Source of the DNA: Eledone cirrhosa
Lineage: Eukaryota
Assembly (NCBI GenBank): GCA_964016885.1
Contig: OZ024757.1
Location: 26,412,001 to 26,476,000, forward strand
Direction: 5' to 3'
Length of the DNA stretch: 64,000 bases
Of the stretch, positions 60,801-64,000 are shown piece by piece. The notes under the pieces were generated by a model. That model did not search any database and had not been told where the DNA came from. It was given only the letters and a program-made list of their open reading frames with translations. The position numbers and the translations under genes were made by a program. Each line of letters opens with the position of its first letter. The stretch's first letter is position 1.

Positions 60801-61244
60801 TGCATCTAGGATGTCATTCCAATCCCCCGCTAGAAGCAGGGAACGCGACGTTCCCAGAAAAGTCTCCAAACGCTGGAAGAAGTCGGGCCGTTCAGCTCCG
60901 AAAGGGGAGTAGACGGCGACCAGTCTCAAGGCCGCACTTTCACTACTGCCAACGTCTAGCACCAACAAACGACCCTCCGGGTCCGAGTGCACAACCTGTA
61001 CGGCAAGACCCAGGTGTTTTTGCAGCAGCACGACAACCCCACCCCCACCTCCAGGTTGACAGAGAGATGCATGCACCTCAAAGTCATCGAAGGTGGGGGC
61101 CAGCTGCCGCATGACGCTGATTCGAGTCTCACAGATAACCATTACATTTATACTACATGACCTGAGGTCATTTAGAAGCTTTGCTTGCTTCCAAGTTGAG
61201 CCCAGGCCACGTGCATTCAAACATCCTACTCTTAACACATCCAT
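57807..61244 (-). CDS. ORF2: APE endonuclease + reverse transcriptase + C-terminal CCHC finger (1145 aa)
   Basis: APE motifs CLNARGL, ICETR, AGDWN, SYLDRF, TDHK and Tx1-typical PGYWKLN. RT motifs KSPGLDG, FRPITLLNTELKILAK, LDQSKAFDRV, RQGCPLS, YADD. C-terminal CPRC...ETVAHALVQC. No stops. Confidence 0.97.
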   Translation of the reverse strand: MDVLRVGCLNARGLGSTWKQAKLLNDLRSCSINVMVICETRISVMRQLAPTFDDFEVHASLCQPGGGGGVVVLLQKHLGLAVQVVHSDPEGRLLVLDVGSSESAALRLVAVYSPFGAERPDFFQRLETFLGTSRSLLLAGDWNDILDARWDYAGACPNRGGCNSLKGLLDRFNLVDRYRLDFPTVPTWTWRNHSGQSRSYLDRFLVRSKDRDILSCPEMRTVGYTDHKLVTCVVNLEKTHRQGPGYWKLNLSLPAKETYRNRISRLVKERLTGAIVNNRWWASLKREIRTESISYSKMLAANRNRNEKELTGKLEEAIKSEDVARVLASRTALNQFFDAKHEGCVIRSKIRALGNEGAKAVGWARVTEAKSGNRSTIRSLQDEDGRVIREPKQMCEAFQKHFARLFGGGEGPGRGVDFGPYLDGLPRLSNKEAESCEGPISADEIGDALSQCSRRKSPGLDGIPYELYLAMPVFFSELLEAVYCNWQQNGRIPCSVAKGVVTLVRKDENKGDSINNFRPITLLNTELKILAKVLAKRLALVVGGLVGDAQTCAIPSRSIHDNLHLMRYIIERVGNKPGFGGALINLDQSKAFDRVDHGYLDAVLAAAGFGPVFRGWITALHSNHICSRIKVNGYLSKPFEITRSIRQGCPLSSLLYVLTLEPLLRKLELLQGIPLEPGLSKAVSAYADDVTVMVSTDSEIEAIGTLLEEYERLSGAKLNREKSIGLQLGTWRGKPMPPDGVVGHWTEGPVKLLGVWFGPDLQVEKNWNEVTNKVFALTQKWAKCKLSLKGRAEVANIYIASVTYYRLTVVPCPKETLTTMERMLFQFLWKKRPPMVRRSICCQQPSKGGLGMPWLMMRRHALRLRHLQVFLTGQPVWAPFVKRAFPRLVSLTELQSWVKQRSGKLGDWHTECAQALRALWQAGRAIGGESTSSFYRGLVASRGDDTLGESLDMEEDELASLFGRTFGPGPMDNFQKSLAWQCYRGALPVRERLYRHGRPGRDPSKKICPRCVRHEETVAHALVQCPGVADLWGYAEQLLSRVAPIKLTAESVMTIKPPPLFTKEAKAVFLCVIAMLKEVVWWTRLKGLRSGNFLSGHSLVYFFRYHFGRRIRMEREVLGHRQFYERWVIVARMARVNGPSLYTIL

Positions 61245-61277
61245 GTGGGCGGCAGAGCCAAAGGAGAGTGTAGAGAC

Positions 61278-63158
61278 CTACCTTTCCGCTTCCCGGGGTT
61301 CGGGTTGCACGACTTCCATGGGGTCGGGGGTGTTGGGTGAAGGGGTGTCTTGTGGTGGTGTGGGGTCGTCGGTGTGTGGTGGGGTTGGGGTGTTTGGAGT
61401 TGTGTTGGGGAGGGGAAGGGGAGGGGGAAAGCTTTTTAGTAGGACGCGGTTTATGGGTTTGACAGAGGGTGGTCCTACGTCCTCCTTAAAATCCTTTTTT
61501 AGTTTTTGGTAGAGGTTCATTGGGATTTTTATTAGTTTTAAATGTGGGTGGTTTTCTGATGAAACAAAGTTTACACCTTCGGTTTGTACCGAAGGATTAT
61601 TGTATATGAGTTCATTTAATTTATTATTGTTTCTGTTGATGTAAGTATAGTGTAATGTCTTTTTTTCCGATGGTGTGAGTGTTTCGAAGAGGGGAGGGGC
61701 AGGTTTGGTTTTGTTTGTTGCTGGAGGGGTGTTTTCTGTTTTGTTAGATTGTGTTGCGATTTGGGTGGGGGTTGTTTGTCCTTGTGTGTTTTGCACATGT
61801 TTTCTTTTTTTCCTTTTAATCTGTCTGAAGGACTCCGTTTCTTCCTCCGAATTCGTTGGGTTATCTTCAGTGTTGGAGGGAAGAGGTATGTTTGCTGGTA
61901 ATGTTTCCGTGTTGGTTTTCTTTGTGGGGGAGATGGATGTCACTATGTTAGACTGTGTTGTGTGTTGTGTCTGCGGTGGTTGTGTTGTTTTATTGAGTGA
62001 GAGGTTGGGTGGGCCTGTATTTTGTTTTGGGGTAATGTGTTGTGACTGTTTGTGTTGTGGTGGTGTTGTGGTGTTACTGAGGGACGGGTTGGGTGGGACT
62101 GAGTTTTGTTGTTTGTTTATCTGTTGTGGTGGTGGTGGTGGAGCTGGTGTTGGTAGCAGGGTTTTCTTTTTGTTGAGTTGGGGACAAGCGGCCTTCAGGT
62201 GCCCTCTGCCTGCACAGATATGGCAGGACGGCCTTCTCCCCTCCACGCTAATGTTTATATACCCGTGGTCCTCTAATAGGATTCTGTCGGGTATTTGGGC
62301 GATGCGTTCAGGCTTCATTTGTACTACCAGCTCTATACCTGTTCCACTGAACGCATTGCCTGTGGTTTTCCCAATGGAAATCACGTTGTCATTCACTGGA
62401 TCGATGAAGCCAGCTATGAGCCAGCAGTAGTCCACATCTGGCATCATTGCATCCAGCCATATGCGTTGAGTTTTTTTCCCCATATAAGATGGATAAAAGG
62501 TGAAATTTTTCGAACGAATCGGTGACAAAGCACATTTTTTTGCCGCCGATTCGTTCTTCATGATAATTGCTAGGCTTCCATACAGTCTGTCTTTTCTTAT
62601 GAAAGTTGTTTCATTCAGTACTTCTGCGAGTACTGTTTTGATATCTGCTTGAGAAGGCTGTTCAGGTTTTTTTGTACTGTTGTTGATGGTCCGAAACTTG
62701 ACCGTTCGGCTTTCAATGTCTTTCGTGAATTCTTGAGGCATTTTTACCAATAAAATACCATTCTCACCTTCACTTATGTATTGTTTTGCGTCCGTGATCC
62801 TTCGTACCACATCTGAAATGTTTTCCGCTATATAAGTCAAAGATTTCTTTGTTTTCTGTGCAAAAGAAATCTTGTCGTCTGCTTTGTTTTCTGATATTAT
62901 GTTATTTTCAACTGTTATTTTTTTGTTTGTTGTGTCTTTGTTTGTGTTATTAGTATTGTCATGCAATTTTTCAAATTTTTTTTTTTCGTTGTTTTCGTCA
63001 TTTAATTTTTTTTCCTCCGCAGATTCGTCCGTTTTTATTTTCATTTTTCCTTCCTTCTCTATGACGTTAGTTGGGAAGGAAGGGAGGACTAAAGCGTGCG
63101 AGCTTACAACTCTTACCGCTGTCCCCCCACCACTATTTTCGTTCGCTGCGTTTAACAT
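61278..63158 (-). CDS. ORF1: gag-like nucleic-acid chaperone with one CCHC zinc knuckle (626 aa)
   Basis: Uninterrupted ORF ending 33 bp before ORF2. CHICAGRGHLKAAC fits C-X2-C-X4-H-X4-C, followed by a P/T/Q-rich low-complexity region. The start codon is uncertain. Confidence 0.9.
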   Translation of the reverse strand: MLNAANENSGGGTAVRVVSSHALVLPSFPTNVIEKEGKMKIKTDESAEEKKLNDENNEKKKFEKLHDNTNNTNKDTTNKKITVENNIISENKADDKISFAQKTKKSLTYIAENISDVVRRITDAKQYISEGENGILLVKMPQEFTKDIESRTVKFRTINNSTKKPEQPSQADIKTVLAEVLNETTFIRKDRLYGSLAIIMKNESAAKKCALSPIRSKNFTFYPSYMGKKTQRIWLDAMMPDVDYCWLIAGFIDPVNDNVISIGKTTGNAFSGTGIELVVQMKPERIAQIPDRILLEDHGYINISVEGRRPSCHICAGRGHLKAACPQLNKKKTLLPTPAPPPPPQQINKQQNSVPPNPSLSNTTTPPQHKQSQHITPKQNTGPPNLSLNKTTQPPQTQHTTQSNIVTSISPTKKTNTETLPANIPLPSNTEDNPTNSEEETESFRQIKRKKRKHVQNTQGQTTPTQIATQSNKTENTPPATNKTKPAPPLFETLTPSEKKTLHYTYINRNNNKLNELIYNNPSVQTEGVNFVSSENHPHLKLIKIPMNLYQKLKKDFKEDVGPPSVKPINRVLLKSFPPPLPLPNTTPNTPTPPHTDDPTPPQDTPSPNTPDPMEVVQPEPREAER

Positions 63159-63599
63159 TTCTGTTAGACGATTGAAATTTTTTACACAAAATTTTTTAAA
63201 ACAGGTTTTTCACCTCTAGGAGGGGTAAAGATGAGCTGACCCACCGCCTGACAGTTCAGACGGAGGGTCAAGCTACACAATTGTATCAAAATTAAGTTTG
63301 AACTCACAAAATTTCCTCAATAAATTTGAACAAAACTTCTGTGCGAAGTGAATGACATCCACACTGTAGAACAGACGACAGCTAGATTAATATATAGATA
63401 GATAGATAGATAGATAGATATACACAATAAGGTAACACCAACCACATTTACAGTGTATGCTGGGTGCTTTTTGTCATGACACCTACACGATGACTTTACA
63501 GCGTGAGCTGGGAGCTTTTTTGTAGTGATACCAACTCCACTACATTACAGTGTGGGCTGGGGACTGGAACAAAAGTGTAAAAGCATTGGAGAAGGGTGC

Positions 63600-63635
<36 letters not shown>

Positions 63636-63846
63636 GCACATACAAACACAGAGAGCGAACCATGAGAGTTGAGGAGCTGAGTTCAATATCTTATCCTGCC
63701 ATTTTATCTGACAACATAAAAATATTCAACATTTTTTCTATGCAAGTTTTTGTTGTTTATGTTATCGTTCATCTTTAGTTTTTTGTATTGATTCATTTAG
63801 ATTTTTTTTCCTCTATTTATTTTGTTTTCTTGTTTAATTGTTTGTT

Positions 63847-63903
<57 letters not shown>

Positions 63904-64000
63904 ATAATAATAAATTTGAAGACTAAAATCCAAAGAGAGCTCGATAAGGATAAATATAGTTAAGGGTGAAAGCAGCAATTCTTTGCTTAAACTTAAATCT

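Larger units (their letters stand above)
57593..63384 (-). mobile_element. Full-length Tx1/L1-clade non-LTR retrotransposon (two intact ORFs, TSD)
   Basis: ORF1 and ORF2 in tandem on the minus strand. AATAAA near the 3' end (tttatt at 57596-57601) followed by an (ATCT)n tail. gattaatatatagatagatagatagat occurs on both flanks (57566-57592 and 63385-63411). Confidence 0.95.

Noticed and set aside
61675-62430. Plus-strand ORFs overlapping Tx1 ORF1/ORF2
   Set aside because: Antisense shadows of the real ORFs.

Overview
AT-rich, microsatellite-saturated animal genomic DNA. The SINE/LINE repertoire points to a coleoid cephalopod, probably Octopus (inference). No host gene could be identified with confidence, and almost all ORFs in the track are translations of simple repeats. 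The main coding feature is a complete, apparently intact Tx1/L1-clade non-LTR retrotransposon on the minus strand (~57593-63384). It has a CCHC-knuckle ORF1, an APE-RT-CCHC ORF2 and a ~27-bp TSD, and sits in a (GATA)n tract. Two 5'-truncated relatives also sit in (TATC)n tracts. The rest is tRNA-derived SINEs (two families), RTE, CR1, RLE-type and Penelope GIY-YIG LINE remnants, TA- and TTAA-flanked MITEs, and minisatellites. The most striking recurrent pattern is at least six unrelated short element families inserted in (TA)n with the same 'long fold-back palindrome + unique tail' layout. Several carry minimal type-I hammerhead ribozyme motifs, and in several the fold-back centre falls inside the hammerhead. 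Coordinates were read by eye, so repeat boundaries are approximate.
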